From an uncultured Candidatus Saccharibacteria bacterium (GTDB lineage Bacteria; Patescibacteriota; Dojkabacteria; J137): a stretch of 64,000 nucleotides of DNA. Under the pieces are notes generated by a model. The model searched no databases. It was not told the DNA's origin and saw only the letters and a list, made by a program, of their open reading frames with translations. Within the stretch, counting starts at the first letter, position 1; each line of letters begins with the position of its first letter. The position numbers and the translations under genes were made by a program. Positions 39,208 to 50,006 of the stretch are shown one piece after another. The stretch covers positions 573,009 to 637,008 of the forward strand of contig OZ246402.1 in the NCBI GenBank assembly GCA_965230975.1. Reading direction: 5' to 3'.

Positions 39208-42200
39208 ATGAGAATGAGAGATCCGCTAAGAAAATATAGAACCAGTCAGCGAAAGCTCAAAAAAATTCATTTGCTTATTATTTTGGCGGTTAGCATAACC
39301 ATATTCCCATTTGTACTTGTAGTTAATACTATCACAACAAGAGCAGTAGACTTTACATGGACACAAACAGACTGGAGTGGGGGTGTTAATACCAACGTAA
39401 TAACTTCAAATTCTAATACTTTCGTATCTCAAAGCTCAGTAGATTATGCAACTCCAGGAGAGATATTTTTAGGAGCAACTGAAAATTGGAGTGATGGTGC
39501 CTGGTCATATAGAAAATCAGTTAATCTTTCTAATACCGGATCAACATTAAGTAATTATCAGGTTATGGTAACTATTAACACCCAGCAACTTGTCTCTTTA
39601 GGTAAATTACAAAATGATTGCGATGATTTACGATTTACTACAAGTACAGGCACACAACTCAGTTATTATATGGATCCTGACTCTACTTGTAACACAGCAT
39701 CAACAGACTTTTGGGTTAAGGTTACTAGTATCCCAGCAGGTGCATCTGTAATACATATGTATTACGGAAATATAGCAGCGTCAAATGTTCAAAATGCAGA
39801 AAATACATTTGAATTTTTTGATGAATTTACAGGGTCTTCTTTAGATGCTGCAAAATGGCAAACAGGCGTAGGTGCAACAATTCCGGTTACTATAACCGGT
39901 GGGTATATGCTTCCTGGTTATGTGCCTTACAATTGGTCTGGTGCTTTAGCAAATGGTATGGGGGTTGCTCAAAACCAAATTAAGTATGGTGTTGTGGATG
40001 ATGTAGCTGTTGAATGGAAATCTTATATGGTTTTAGGTTCCACATTAGAGTATGGTCAATCAGGGTTTGCATTTGTAGACTCCAGTAATCTTTTAAGAGC
40101 AGCTATGTACCATGCAGATACAAATGTGAATACTTTAAACCCTTACTATGGTAATTTTATAGGGACTACAGTTGGTTCTTGGACCGAAGTCAATGGAGGC
40201 ACTTCTCGATTTAAACTTGTTAGAAATGGAACAAGTGTTACTTCGTATAGAAATAATGCACAGCAATCAACTGGTACTATGACAGTTAGCCCTACCAAAA
40301 TCACTTATTTCAAGCAGGACTATTATCCTAATGGTGGAAGTTGTGGTGGTAACTGTTACATGCAAAATAACAGAATATTTTGGGTCTTTACAAGAAAATC
40401 TGCTGCTACACCTCCAACAATCTCATCTTATGGGGTAGAACTTGGTCAATATGCAGATACGGGTACGTTAGAATCAAATATTTTTGATACTGGATTTTCT
40501 TCTAATTGGAATGCATTAACATTTACTAAAACAGGTAGTGGTACTGCAACAGTTAGAATTAGAACAGGAAATGCATCAGATTTAAGTGATGCTACAGCTT
40601 TTGCCTCTTGCAACACAATCTCAACTGGTGCAGATATATCAACAAATAATTGTGTAACTGATGGGCACAGATATTTACAGTATCAAGTCTCATTAAGTGC
40701 TAGTGGGACTTCACCAACTCTAACTGATATTTCAATCTCTTATACTCCTCAAGATTCTACTGCACCATCTGCAAATTCAACAAATGTACAATTAACAGGT
40801 TTATCTAATAACGATTGGGCAAAAATTGCACCAACAATAACTTGGACAGCAGGTACAGATGCAGGTGTTGGCATTGCAGGTTACTGTGTTTCTTTAGATG
40901 AAGTTCCAGTAGCTGGTTCATCTTCAACTTTGAATCCAATAACTTCATCAGGAAAATTTACAGGCTTAACAGATGCTAGCAGTTTAACACCTACAGTTTG
41001 CCCATATATTGTCAGTGGTAATTCACTAGATTTATCTACAGTCACGGGTTTAACTTTAACAAGTGGTAATAAATATTACTTTAGTTTAAAAGCGGTAGAT
41101 TTGGCAGGCAACGTTTGGACAGGAGCAAGTAATTTATATCAAGATTTAGTATGGTTTAGATTTGATAATACTTTACCTACAGCACCTAGTTTTATATCTA
41201 TGCCATCTAACTTTATATCTACAAAAGATGTAACAATAACTTGGCCAACAAGTAGCGGAGGTGCGTCAGATGCTGACTCTGGCTTAGCTGGTTTACAATA
41301 CAGAATTGGTGCTAGTGGAACATGGTTTGGTAATTTACGAAATGGAAATCAAGATTTAACAGACTTGCTTTTAAATAATGGAACTTATACTACAGATGCA
41401 ACCGTAGATTACCCACTATTACAAGAAGGTGTAAATGTTATTTACTTTAGATCTCTAGATTATGCAGGCAATGCATCTCTAACAATATCTGGAGCATTAA
41501 AATTAAATACTATTGCACCACAATCGATACAAAATTTAACTGCAACCCCTACTGACAATAATGTAAATAGTTACGCATTCTCTTGGGATCTACCATCTAG
41601 CTTTAGTGGTTCTGCAGATAACTTAACTTATTGTTATACAATAAATACTTTACCAACTGTCAATACTTGCCAATTTACCTCTGCAGGGGCTACTAACGTA
41701 TCTGCAGATGCATATGCAAGCCAACCAGGAGATAATACATTTTATGTAGTTGCAAAAGATGAGGCAGGTAATATTAACTATGCAACAGCAGAAAGTGTTA
41801 CATTTACGTATTCTGGTAGTGCACCTGGAATACCTCAAAATTTAGATGTTTCAGATATTTCTAATAAAGATACTCAAGATTGGAAGCTAGCAGTTACTTG
41901 GAATGAACCAACAAATGTAGGCGCAGGTATATCTACCTATAGAGTTTATAGAGCTATAGGTCAAGGTTTAACTTGTGCAAATGACTTTGGCCTATTTAGT
42001 CAGGTGAGTGTTGTTCAAGATGTATCATATATTAATACAGGTTTAAGCCAACAATACTACTCTTATTGTGTAAGGGCGTGTGATAGCGCAAATAATTGTT
42101 CTGCAGTTAGTGGTAGTGGAGATGAATTACCAACAGGTAAATACACAACACCTGCAACATTAGTTGCTGGCCCAACAACTCAACAAATTTCTACCAGAAA

Positions 42201-43359
42201 AGCAGTTGTAAGTTGGTCTACAAACAGAACATCAGATTCTAAAATTCAGTATGGTACGCAAACAGGTGTTTATTTTGAAGAAGAGTTTTCTAAATCTGCA
42301 CAAGTTACAGAGCATGTTATTACTTTAAATAACTTACAACCTGGAACTGTTTATTATTACAGAGCAAAGTGGACAGATGAAGATGGCAATACAGGTATTA
42401 GTGAGGAAAAAACATTTAAAACTGAACCTGCACCAGAAATCTCAAATGTTCAAACAAGTTCAGTAGGTGTTAACTTTGCTTTAGTTAAATTCACATCTGT
42501 TAGAGCTCAGAAAGTTAATATATATTATGGTAAAACAAGCCAATTTGGTGGTTTACAAACTATAAACACATCTATTCAAGAATCTCAAAGTATTTTTCAA
42601 TTAACTGGTTTAGATGATGGCACAAAGTATTATTTTAAAATAAACCCATTTGACTTAGATGGATTTGAGTATGAAGGAACTACACTTGACTTTACAACAG
42701 TTCCAAGACCAAGGGTCTTAGATGTTCAAATAGAAGAGGTAAAAGGCACAGCTCAACCAACTATTAAAGTTAATTGGAATTCAAATACAGAAATTAGCTC
42801 AATTGTTACATTTTACCCGGCTTCTAACTCGGGTTTAAAGCAAGATGTTGTAAATGTTACACCAAAAACTAAACATGAGCTTAAGTTAATATCATTAGAA
42901 GCAGAGACAAGATACGTACTAACTGTTAGAGGTATTGATAAATTAGGAAACGAGGCACTATCTACAGAATATAGCTTTACAACTGCTACAGACTCAAGAC
43001 CTCCAGTAATTTCTAACCTTAATGTAGAGACAGCAATCACAAATTCTACAGAAGTTAATAACGCCCAAATTGTAGTTTCTTGGACTACAGATGAATTATC
43101 TACTAGCCAAGTGTTGTTTGGTGAAGGGATTAATGAAAATGTAACACAAAGTACAACAGAAGATAAAAACTTAAAGTTTAATCATGTAATAGTTATATCT
43201 AACTTAAACCCATCTCAGGTTTATACAATAAGGGCTGTATCTAGAGATAGCCAAAGAAACGAAACTCAATCTGCAGATAATGTAACCGTTACTCCTTCAA
43301 GAACTGATTCTGCACTAGAGCTTATTTTGCAAAATGTATCGGATATTTTTGGAATATAA
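39208..43359 (+). CDS. giant extracellular/surface protein (1383 aa) with a lectin/LamG-like region and multiple FN3/Ig-like repeats
   Basis: N-terminal signal-anchor, S/T/N-rich beta-rich composition, repeated modules of about 90-100 aa with conserved W/Y spacing. Confidence 0.65.
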   Translation: MRMRDPLRKYRTSQRKLKKIHLLIILAVSITIFPFVLVVNTITTRAVDFTWTQTDWSGGVNTNVITSNSNTFVSQSSVDYATPGEIFLGATENWSDGAWSYRKSVNLSNTGSTLSNYQVMVTINTQQLVSLGKLQNDCDDLRFTTSTGTQLSYYMDPDSTCNTASTDFWVKVTSIPAGASVIHMYYGNIAASNVQNAENTFEFFDEFTGSSLDAAKWQTGVGATIPVTITGGYMLPGYVPYNWSGALANGMGVAQNQIKYGVVDDVAVEWKSYMVLGSTLEYGQSGFAFVDSSNLLRAAMYHADTNVNTLNPYYGNFIGTTVGSWTEVNGGTSRFKLVRNGTSVTSYRNNAQQSTGTMTVSPTKITYFKQDYYPNGGSCGGNCYMQNNRIFWVFTRKSAATPPTISSYGVELGQYADTGTLESNIFDTGFSSNWNALTFTKTGSGTATVRIRTGNASDLSDATAFASCNTISTGADISTNNCVTDGHRYLQYQVSLSASGTSPTLTDISISYTPQDSTAPSANSTNVQLTGLSNNDWAKIAPTITWTAGTDAGVGIAGYCVSLDEVPVAGSSSTLNPITSSGKFTGLTDASSLTPTVCPYIVSGNSLDLSTVTGLTLTSGNKYYFSLKAVDLAGNVWTGASNLYQDLVWFRFDNTLPTAPSFISMPSNFISTKDVTITWPTSSGGASDADSGLAGLQYRIGASGTWFGNLRNGNQDLTDLLLNNGTYTTDATVDYPLLQEGVNVIYFRSLDYAGNASLTISGALKLNTIAPQSIQNLTATPTDNNVNSYAFSWDLPSSFSGSADNLTYCYTINTLPTVNTCQFTSAGATNVSADAYASQPGDNTFYVVAKDEAGNINYATAESVTFTYSGSAPGIPQNLDVSDISNKDTQDWKLAVTWNEPTNVGAGISTYRVYRAIGQGLTCANDFGLFSQVSVVQDVSYINTGLSQQYYSYCVRACDSANNCSAVSGSGDELPTGKYTTPATLVAGPTTQQISTRKAVVSWSTNRTSDSKIQYGTQTGVYFEEEFSKSAQVTEHVITLNNLQPGTVYYYRAKWTDEDGNTGISEEKTFKTEPAPEISNVQTSSVGVNFALVKFTSVRAQKVNIYYGKTSQFGGLQTINTSIQESQSIFQLTGLDDGTKYYFKINPFDLDGFEYEGTTLDFTTVPRPRVLDVQIEEVKGTAQPTIKVNWNSNTEISSIVTFYPASNSGLKQDVVNVTPKTKHELKLISLEAETRYVLTVRGIDKLGNEALSTEYSFTTATDSRPPVISNLNVETAITNSTEVNNAQIVVSWTTDELSTSQVLFGEGINENVTQSTTEDKNLKFNHVIVISNLNPSQVYTIRAVSRDSQRNETQSADNVTVTPSRTDSALELILQNVSDIFGI

Positions 43360-43362
43360 ATT

Positions 43363-45633
43363 ATGGCAAATATATTAGAAGTAAAAAATCTATTTAAGGT
43401 TTACAACGTTAAGTCTGAAAATGTAGTTGTGTTAAGAAATATTAATCTTGAAATGCAAGATGGAGAATTCTTGATTCTTTTTGGCCCATCCGGTTGTGGA
43501 AAATCTACACTTTTAAATACAATTTTAGGTTTAGAAACTATCAGTAGTGGTAGTGTAAACTTACTTGGAAAACAAATTTCAAACCTCTCTCAAGACCAAT
43601 TAGCAGATATTAGAAAAAACAATGTAGGTATAGTTTATCAACAACCAAATTGGGTTAAATCTTTAAATGTTTTAGAAAATGTAGCTTTTCCATTATTAAT
43701 TAAAGGGATTAAAAGGGATGTAGCCTTAAAAAAGGCTAAAGAGAAGTTAGCATTGGTAGAAATGACAAATTGGACAGAATACTATCCGGTTGATTTATCT
43801 TCGGGTCAACAGCAAAAAGTTGCATTAGCCAGAGCATTAATTAATGAACCAAAAGTTTTAATAGCAGACGAGCCTACTGGTAATCTTGATTATAAAAGTA
43901 GCAATTCGTTAATGGGTATTTTTAGAGATTTATCTAATCAAGGTATCTCTATACTTTTAGTAACTCATAACCTTGTAAACTTAGATTATGCAGATAGAGT
44001 TGCCAGAATGTTTGATGGACAAATTGTAGAGTATATAGATGCAAAAAAAATATCTGAAAAAAAGCTAGATGAAATGTTGCACCCTACAGATGTTACCAAT
44101 AGTACATCTTATAAATTAAGTTTTAATATTAATAAACCTAAAAAAATTAACTTACTGGCAGATATTTTAAAAGGTCTATTATTACCACTTTTACTAGTAA
44201 AAACTGTAACTCTATTAGCTTTGTTTAGCGTGTTTAAATTATCAACTATTTTAAATAGAATAGGGTTTTATAAGTTATCTGAATCCATAGATTATTTAAT
44301 AAATATTATAGATAGAAGAGAGAATAATTCAGTAAGGTTTTCAGATGTAGCTGATATCTCTTTGAAAACTTTATTTACACACAGGGTTAGGACTTTTGTA
44401 ACAATTGGTGGTGTTGCTGTTGGTGTAAGCTTTACTGTATTGTTATTTTCTATTGGATTTGGATTTGAGCAAGTTGTTGTATCTAGAATTGCTAACTTAG
44501 AAGAATTAAATCAAGTTGATGTTGCACCACTCCCTACTAGTAATGTTTTTATAACAACTAATTCTGTGGAATCACTTAAAAATATTCCATCAATTAACAC
44601 TGTTTTACCTGTTATTGGTATTGCAGGCAAAACTAATTATGAAGGTGCTTTAGCAGATGTTGTTGTTAAGGGTGTTTCTACGAATTATATAAAAGATACA
44701 GGTTTAAAGATTACAGCAGGTAATGAGTTTTCTGCTGAATCAAATGATTTAAACTTTCAAAACATAGATGAAATTGTTCAAAATTATAAAGATAAGAATC
44801 AAATCGAAGATGATTCTTTAGGTGAAATAATTTTAGATTTACCAATTAAAGAAAGGCAAGCTGTTGTAAATGAGTCAATTTTGAATCTTTTCAATTTGCG
44901 TAAAGAAGATGCAATAGGTAAGACTTTTAAAGTTAAATTTATAGCTACTAATTCTTTAATAGGGAATAATTATAAAATATCTTCTACAGATACAGAGTAT
45001 ACAATTGTAGGTGTTGTTTCTTTTAAAGAAGAGAAGAATATTTACATTCCTGCAGAGGATTTATTGCCATTGGGTGTTCAAAGATTTTCAGAAGCCAAGT
45101 TAATTGTTTCTAATACGGACGATATTAGAAATGTTAGGGTTTCAACAGAGGCATTAGGTTTTAGGACTAGATCTATTCAAGATACTATTTCTCAGGTTAA
45201 TGCTGTGTTTGATAATGTTAGGTTAATTTTTGGAGCTGTTGGAGTCGTTGCTTTGTTTATAGCATCTTTAGGCATGTTTAATACTTTAACTGTTTCTTTA
45301 CTTGAAAGAATAAGAGAGGTTGGATTAATGAAAGCAATTGGTATGAAGTCTTTTGAAGTAAGGTCTTTGTTTTTAGCAGAGTCTACTATTATGGGCTTTT
45401 TTGGCGGTTTCTTTGGTATTATTTTAGGGGTTATTTTAGGTACGATCTTATCTTCTATTATATCTGCACTTTATATATCTAGAGGGGGAGAGTATGTAAC
45501 ATTGACTTTCTTACCACTAGAAGCAGCATTGGCAATATTGTTTATATCTGTATTGATTGGTATTTTGACAGGGTACTATCCTTCTGTAAGAGCAACAAGA
45601 ATATCTCCGTTAGAGGCATTAAGACACGAGTAG
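43363..45633 (+). CDS. MacB-like ABC transporter, fused ATPase-FtsX permease
   Basis: Walker A GPSGCGKST, signature LSSGQQQKVALARAL, Walker B LIADEPTGNLD. C-terminal four-TM FtsX-like permease with a large periplasmic domain. Starts 3 nt after the giant protein stop. Confidence 0.8.
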   Translation: MANILEVKNLFKVYNVKSENVVVLRNINLEMQDGEFLILFGPSGCGKSTLLNTILGLETISSGSVNLLGKQISNLSQDQLADIRKNNVGIVYQQPNWVKSLNVLENVAFPLLIKGIKRDVALKKAKEKLALVEMTNWTEYYPVDLSSGQQQKVALARALINEPKVLIADEPTGNLDYKSSNSLMGIFRDLSNQGISILLVTHNLVNLDYADRVARMFDGQIVEYIDAKKISEKKLDEMLHPTDVTNSTSYKLSFNINKPKKINLLADILKGLLLPLLLVKTVTLLALFSVFKLSTILNRIGFYKLSESIDYLINIIDRRENNSVRFSDVADISLKTLFTHRVRTFVTIGGVAVGVSFTVLLFSIGFGFEQVVVSRIANLEELNQVDVAPLPTSNVFITTNSVESLKNIPSINTVLPVIGIAGKTNYEGALADVVVKGVSTNYIKDTGLKITAGNEFSAESNDLNFQNIDEIVQNYKDKNQIEDDSLGEIILDLPIKERQAVVNESILNLFNLRKEDAIGKTFKVKFIATNSLIGNNYKISSTDTEYTIVGVVSFKEEKNIYIPAEDLLPLGVQRFSEAKLIVSNTDDIRNVRVSTEALGFRTRSIQDTISQVNAVFDNVRLIFGAVGVVALFIASLGMFNTLTVSLLERIREVGLMKAIGMKSFEVRSLFLAESTIMGFFGGFFGIILGVILGTILSSIISALYISRGGEYVTLTFLPLEAALAILFISVLIGILTGYYPSVRATRISPLEALRHE

Positions 45634-45635
45634 GT

Positions 45636-46190
45636 TTACCAATGCGGAAATTTGTGAGTAATTTTATTGTTTTCTTCTAGCGTTGTTTTTATTTGTTGGC
45701 TATTATTTGAATAGTAGATTACATCCCCGTCTTCTGTATATTCATTTCCATTCTCAGATACATGAATAAAATTTTGGTTCTTACCAGTGAACACTTCCAT
45801 TCCAGATTTTTTGTAGAACTCTGCATTTTTAGGTTCACAAAACCCTACAATCGTTTGTTTTGATTCTTTGGCATATTCCACCATTTTGTTTATTAGTATT
45901 TTCCCGTAACCTTTACCTTGAATAATAGAAATTATTGCTTGCATTCCTAATATTTCTACTTCTCGTTTATCTACCATTACTTTTAAAGAACGTAGAGTCC
46001 CAAATGAAACTAGTTTGTTGTCATCTCTAACTAGGAAAAAAAGTCTGTCCTGGAATTGGTTATTTATTTTGTGATCCCAGATTCGATTTCTACCCAGTCT
46101 GATTACCCTGTATTCATTAACCAAATCAAGATCTTCTTGTTTAAGATTTGTTCCCAGTACTATTTCTGTAGTTATGTTCATGATTAGCAT
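45636..46190 (-). CDS. GNAT family acetyltransferase
   Basis: Motif A IQGKGYGKILINKMVEYA. Confidence 0.6.
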   Translation of the reverse strand: MLIMNITTEIVLGTNLKQEDLDLVNEYRVIRLGRNRIWDHKINNQFQDRLFFLVRDDNKLVSFGTLRSLKVMVDKREVEILGMQAIISIIQGKGYGKILINKMVEYAKESKQTIVGFCEPKNAEFYKKSGMEVFTGKNQNFIHVSENGNEYTEDGDVIYYSNNSQQIKTTLEENNKITHKFPHW

Positions 46191-46220
46191 ATGTCAAAAA
46201 ATATTTATTCATTTTCAAAA

Positions 46221-46814
46221 TTATTTTTCATAAAGATATCTAGATATAATATTTAGTAATTCTTCGTCACTCATGTTTCTACTATCTAGATTTAGTTCTT
46301 CGTTCCATTTGTCCCAGAATGGTTTGTCTTTTGGTGTGTGATCAGGTTGCAATCCTAATTCTTTACAGATCTCATCTAAGTTTTTAGTGTCGTCAAATAA
46401 TTCTACTTCAAATGGGTATTTTTCGCTTTTGCCTGTTTGGTGAGACAACTTAATTTCTGCATATCCTAGATCAAACAAGTAGTTTGTGTACTGCATTATT
46501 TGTTGGGATGGTATTTGTGCATTTACAGATATTATTATTGCTTTAAAAAAGTTTAGGATTGCTTTAGCATCGTTTACTAGTGGTATTTCTAGTTCTGTTC
46601 TTTCTCTTTTATTCCAGTCTCCTGTTTTTTGTACAAACTCAGCTTGTCCGTTTGTTATTTTTATTCTGCTATCTACTTCTGGCCTTGCCCAGTCGCTTGT
46701 TTCTATTGCTAGTCGAGTCTTTTTAATTGGCTGACCAAATTTGGCTGTAAACTCTTCAAGTTTTTGGTTAAATTGTTGTTGGGTTAATAGTCCCCAGTAT
46801 TCTTTTTCTAACAT
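46221..46814 (-). CDS. hypothetical protein
   Basis: ORF only. Confidence 0.45.
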   Translation of the reverse strand: MLEKEYWGLLTQQQFNQKLEEFTAKFGQPIKKTRLAIETSDWARPEVDSRIKITNGQAEFVQKTGDWNKRERTELEIPLVNDAKAILNFFKAIIISVNAQIPSQQIMQYTNYLFDLGYAEIKLSHQTGKSEKYPFEVELFDDTKNLDEICKELGLQPDHTPKDKPFWDKWNEELNLDSRNMSDEELLNIISRYLYEK

Positions 46815-46829
46815 ATGGTTTTACTAAAT

Positions 46830-47771
46830 TTAGTAAAAGGAAAAGACTTCATCGGAAACTTCTCCAGTATCCCAAAGTATTTTGTTCTCTGGTTTGGATT
46901 TTATTACTACTCTTACAACCACATTCGTTGTGAGGGTAGGTAAAAATTGTACATCCTTTCTTTCATATCTTACATCTCCATATTCATTTGAAATATTGAA
47001 ATCGGTAAGCCAAATTTGGTATGGAACCCAGGAATTTCCACTTGAAATATAATTATTCTTAAATTCACCTTCATCGTTATTCTTAATATAAGCAAGAATT
47101 TCTAAATCATTAACACTGTCTAGTCCTGGACACATAAATGAACCTCGCATCTTTTGAGATGGATTATAAATTCCACCTAAAATCTCGTTTACAGGAGAGA
47201 GTATAGTTAGAGTTTTAAAATAGTAAAATGTGTCAGAAACTTTAATTTCAGATAATAAATCACCCTGAATGACCTGGACATAACATTTGTAATATCCATT
47301 TTGTAAGTTGTAAAGTCTTAGTTCAGTTTGATATCCTGTAAATTCTAATGAGTTTGGTATAGGGTCAGATGCTTTGAGAATTGCAGATTTGAATCCTCCT
47401 AGCATATTTTCTCCTTCCCAGTTGCATTCCAGAACGCCAATATCAGATTTATTTACTAATCTTATTGCAGTAACCCGAGGTAAAGTTGAAGAATTATTAT
47501 TATTTATATTTTCGTTATTATTAGTGTTAGTGATAACTTTTTGCTCATTATTATCAGTTTTTGAGACTTCTTTAGTCTCATTGGATTCGTTAACTGTCAT
47601 ATCCTCATTGTTAATTATGACATAAGATGTAGGGTATTCTTGAATCGAACTACTAAAGACATTTTTATCATGTTCGAATTTCAAAAATATACAAATTAAA
47701 AGTGTGACTATAATCGCTACACCTAGCGCAAAAATAATTAGCGATTTTTTATTAATATTTAAAAGAGACAT
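46830..47771 (-). CDS. membrane-anchored hypothetical protein with N-rich linker
   Basis: N-terminal TM, Asn-rich low-complexity spacer, about 200-aa C-terminal domain. Confidence 0.5.
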   Translation of the reverse strand: MSLLNINKKSLIIFALGVAIIVTLLICIFLKFEHDKNVFSSSIQEYPTSYVIINNEDMTVNESNETKEVSKTDNNEQKVITNTNNNENINNNNSSTLPRVTAIRLVNKSDIGVLECNWEGENMLGGFKSAILKASDPIPNSLEFTGYQTELRLYNLQNGYYKCYVQVIQGDLLSEIKVSDTFYYFKTLTILSPVNEILGGIYNPSQKMRGSFMCPGLDSVNDLEILAYIKNNDEGEFKNNYISSGNSWVPYQIWLTDFNISNEYGDVRYERKDVQFLPTLTTNVVVRVVIKSKPENKILWDTGEVSDEVFSFY

Positions 47772-47885
47772 AATAGTAACTTAATTTAGTAATCTTAGCA
47801 TTTAATTATTTATATTTCATTGTGTCGCATTACAAATATAGAAATTTTCTCTTATTAAATATTTGCTTAGATTTATAATCATGTT

Positions 47886-48323
47886 ATGAATTACTCACAG
47901 ATTTTATTTGAAAAAGCAACTTCATTTGCAGAAAATTTAAAAGTCAATACCGATATATCGTCTATATTTCTAGGTGGTTCAGGTAGTAGAGGAGTAGAGG
48001 AGTAGAGGATATTAATTCGGATGTCGAAATATATATTGTGCTCAATATTAAACGTAAACTGAATTCATACGTTTACTATTAAAATGCTTGTAGATATGGA
48101 ATATGAAGTGCCTGGAGAGTGGACCATATCTTTATTAATTGAAGGAATTAAATATGACATGTATTTTTGGGAGCTTTCATATATAGATGAGTTAATTACT
48201 AATCATTCTAATTCAATATTGAGTTCTTTAGATGAATGTTCTATTTCTTCGATTTTGGATGCAAAAGTAATTACTGGCAAACTATATATCAAGTCATTGC
48301 AATTAAATTATCAAACTACCTAA
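47886..48323 (+). pseudogene. Disrupted nucleotidyltransferase-fold gene: +8 frameshift from a third copy of an 8-bp tandem repeat, plus a second 1-nt frameshift
   Basis: 5' ORF encodes ...IFLGGSGSRGVEE then stops. With two rather than three copies of agtagagg (47985-48008), the frame continues into DINSDVEIYIVLN (hG[GS]...D[IV][DE]h nucleotidyltransferase motif). The downstream ORF 48084-48323 is in a further shifted frame. Confidence 0.5.
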
Positions 48324-48533
48324 AACAACTACAGTCCAAACTTATTCATGAATAAATTTCCATTGAAATTTGAGGAGTTTAAATTGTTTTTGAAGTTTTA
48401 ATTACGTAGTTTTTCTCTTTTTGTGAAATCTTCATTTTAATTCACTAATAATTTCCAATATATTTGTGCCACGGTACATTGTTGAGTTTCTGTTTAGAAG
48501 TTACTATGCGGTATTAAATTTTATAAGAATAGT

Positions 48534-48746
48534 ATGACCTTTGGTGAAAAAATTCAAATTTTGAGATTAAAAAAAGGCATTAGCCAAAAGCAGTTTTCTA
48601 AAGAATCTGGTATTCCCTTTTATACAATTGTCTCTTTAGAATATGATAGAACTAAAATCCCCCTAATAACTACTGTAATAAAACTAGCCCACTATTTTAA
48701 ACTAAGCATTATAGAAATTATTGAGGGTGTAGATTTTAAAAAATAA
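48534..48746 (+). CDS. XRE-family helix-turn-helix transcriptional regulator
   Basis: IQILRLKKGISQKQFSKESGIPFYTIVSLE is a classic HTH_3 motif. Confidence 0.75.
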   Translation: MTFGEKIQILRLKKGISQKQFSKESGIPFYTIVSLEYDRTKIPLITTVIKLAHYFKLSIIEIIEGVDFKK

Positions 48747-48789
48747 GGTTTTTATAATTGTAAAAAACTAGTACGCCTTTTAAATATCT

Positions 48790-49989
48790 TTATTCTATAG
48801 TGCTTTTATCAAATAAAGATATGGGTATTTCCTCTTCTTCGGCAGTTAGCAAAAACTCTTTAAGCATCTCTTTATGTTCGTCATTTTGCATATAAGACCA
48901 GTCTGTTGCCTCATTATAGTTAGATTTATCTTCACTAAAAAGATTAATCTCTACTCTATATTCATTAAGTTGGTAGTTTTTTATATATTTTGCAACCTCT
49001 ATTATGCCTTCTAATATAGCTTTCCTATCGTTTAATGATATAGTAATACGTTTTTCTTCATCGTTAGTATATTTTTGATAGAAAGAACCGGTGTTAATCC
49101 ACACATCTCTCGTTCGTAGTTCTTGAGCTGCACCTATGGCAATATCAGGTTGAATAAATTCAGATGCTCTAAAAATTTCTTGTGCATTAAACTGGGCATT
49201 TGGAGCCCATGGGAATCCTTGAATACCAAAACTATCTACCAATGTCTTATCTATATTAACTAAGTATGGAGCTAAGCTAATGTAGTCTCCATTGTCCCAT
49301 AACACATCATCAGGTTCATAAGTTGTAGCATTTAATAAAATACTACCTTTTGCGTTTGGAAAATACTTTTTTAAAGATCTTAAATATGTATTTACTACAA
49401 TCCCAAAATCAGAAGGCTCTGTGTCTTTATTATCCCAATTTGGAGTATTCGATTCTGGAAAGGGCACCCATGTCCCCATCATTTCATCTGTAACACCTCT
49501 TTGCTTTAGTTCAAAAAAGAATGTATCTAGTGGCTTATTGTAAACTCCATTTAAAAAATCTCTGTACCTCAATAAGTTGCCACCAGTATATGGCTCTACT
49601 ATTACAATAGGCTGTATATTATTTTGCTTAAATAAATCAAGCTTAGTAGCGATAGTAAAGGCAAGTTCCTGGGCTGAGGTTTGATCAAAAGGAATATGTG
49701 TAAAAAACATTAGTTTATTTGTAACATAGGAGTCACAAATATCTTGATATTCTGCTAATTTTATTAAGTTTTCGTCTTGTTGTGTATTTAAATTTAATGA
49801 GTCTTTTGTTGAGCATTTAGTAAACATTGGCAAATTATCACTTTTATCTTCTTTAACAATATTGGTTAAGGTTTCGTTTAAAATCTCTTTTATGGTTTGG
49901 TTACTAAATATATTGAAAGTGAAAATCACAAAACAAAAAACTGACATAATAATAATCCCGTTTGCAATAAGTAATTCTCTGTTTTTCAT
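48790..49989 (-). CDS. membrane-anchored hypothetical protein, possibly a TIM-barrel glycoside hydrolase-like partner of the GT2 synthase
   Basis: N-terminal TM. No motif recognised with confidence. Starts 17 nt after the GT2 gene stop. Confidence 0.4.
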   Translation of the reverse strand: MKNRELLIANGIIIMSVFCFVIFTFNIFSNQTIKEILNETLTNIVKEDKSDNLPMFTKCSTKDSLNLNTQQDENLIKLAEYQDICDSYVTNKLMFFTHIPFDQTSAQELAFTIATKLDLFKQNNIQPIVIVEPYTGGNLLRYRDFLNGVYNKPLDTFFFELKQRGVTDEMMGTWVPFPESNTPNWDNKDTEPSDFGIVVNTYLRSLKKYFPNAKGSILLNATTYEPDDVLWDNGDYISLAPYLVNIDKTLVDSFGIQGFPWAPNAQFNAQEIFRASEFIQPDIAIGAAQELRTRDVWINTGSFYQKYTNDEEKRITISLNDRKAILEGIIEVAKYIKNYQLNEYRVEINLFSEDKSNYNEATDWSYMQNDEHKEMLKEFLLTAEEEEIPISLFDKSTIE

Positions 49990-50006
49990 ATTTTAATAAT
50001 AAAATC

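Noticed and set aside
46221-46814. CYTH (triphosphate tunnel) domain assignment
   Set aside because: The N-terminal LEKEY does not satisfy the ExExK motif. The remaining similarity is too vague.
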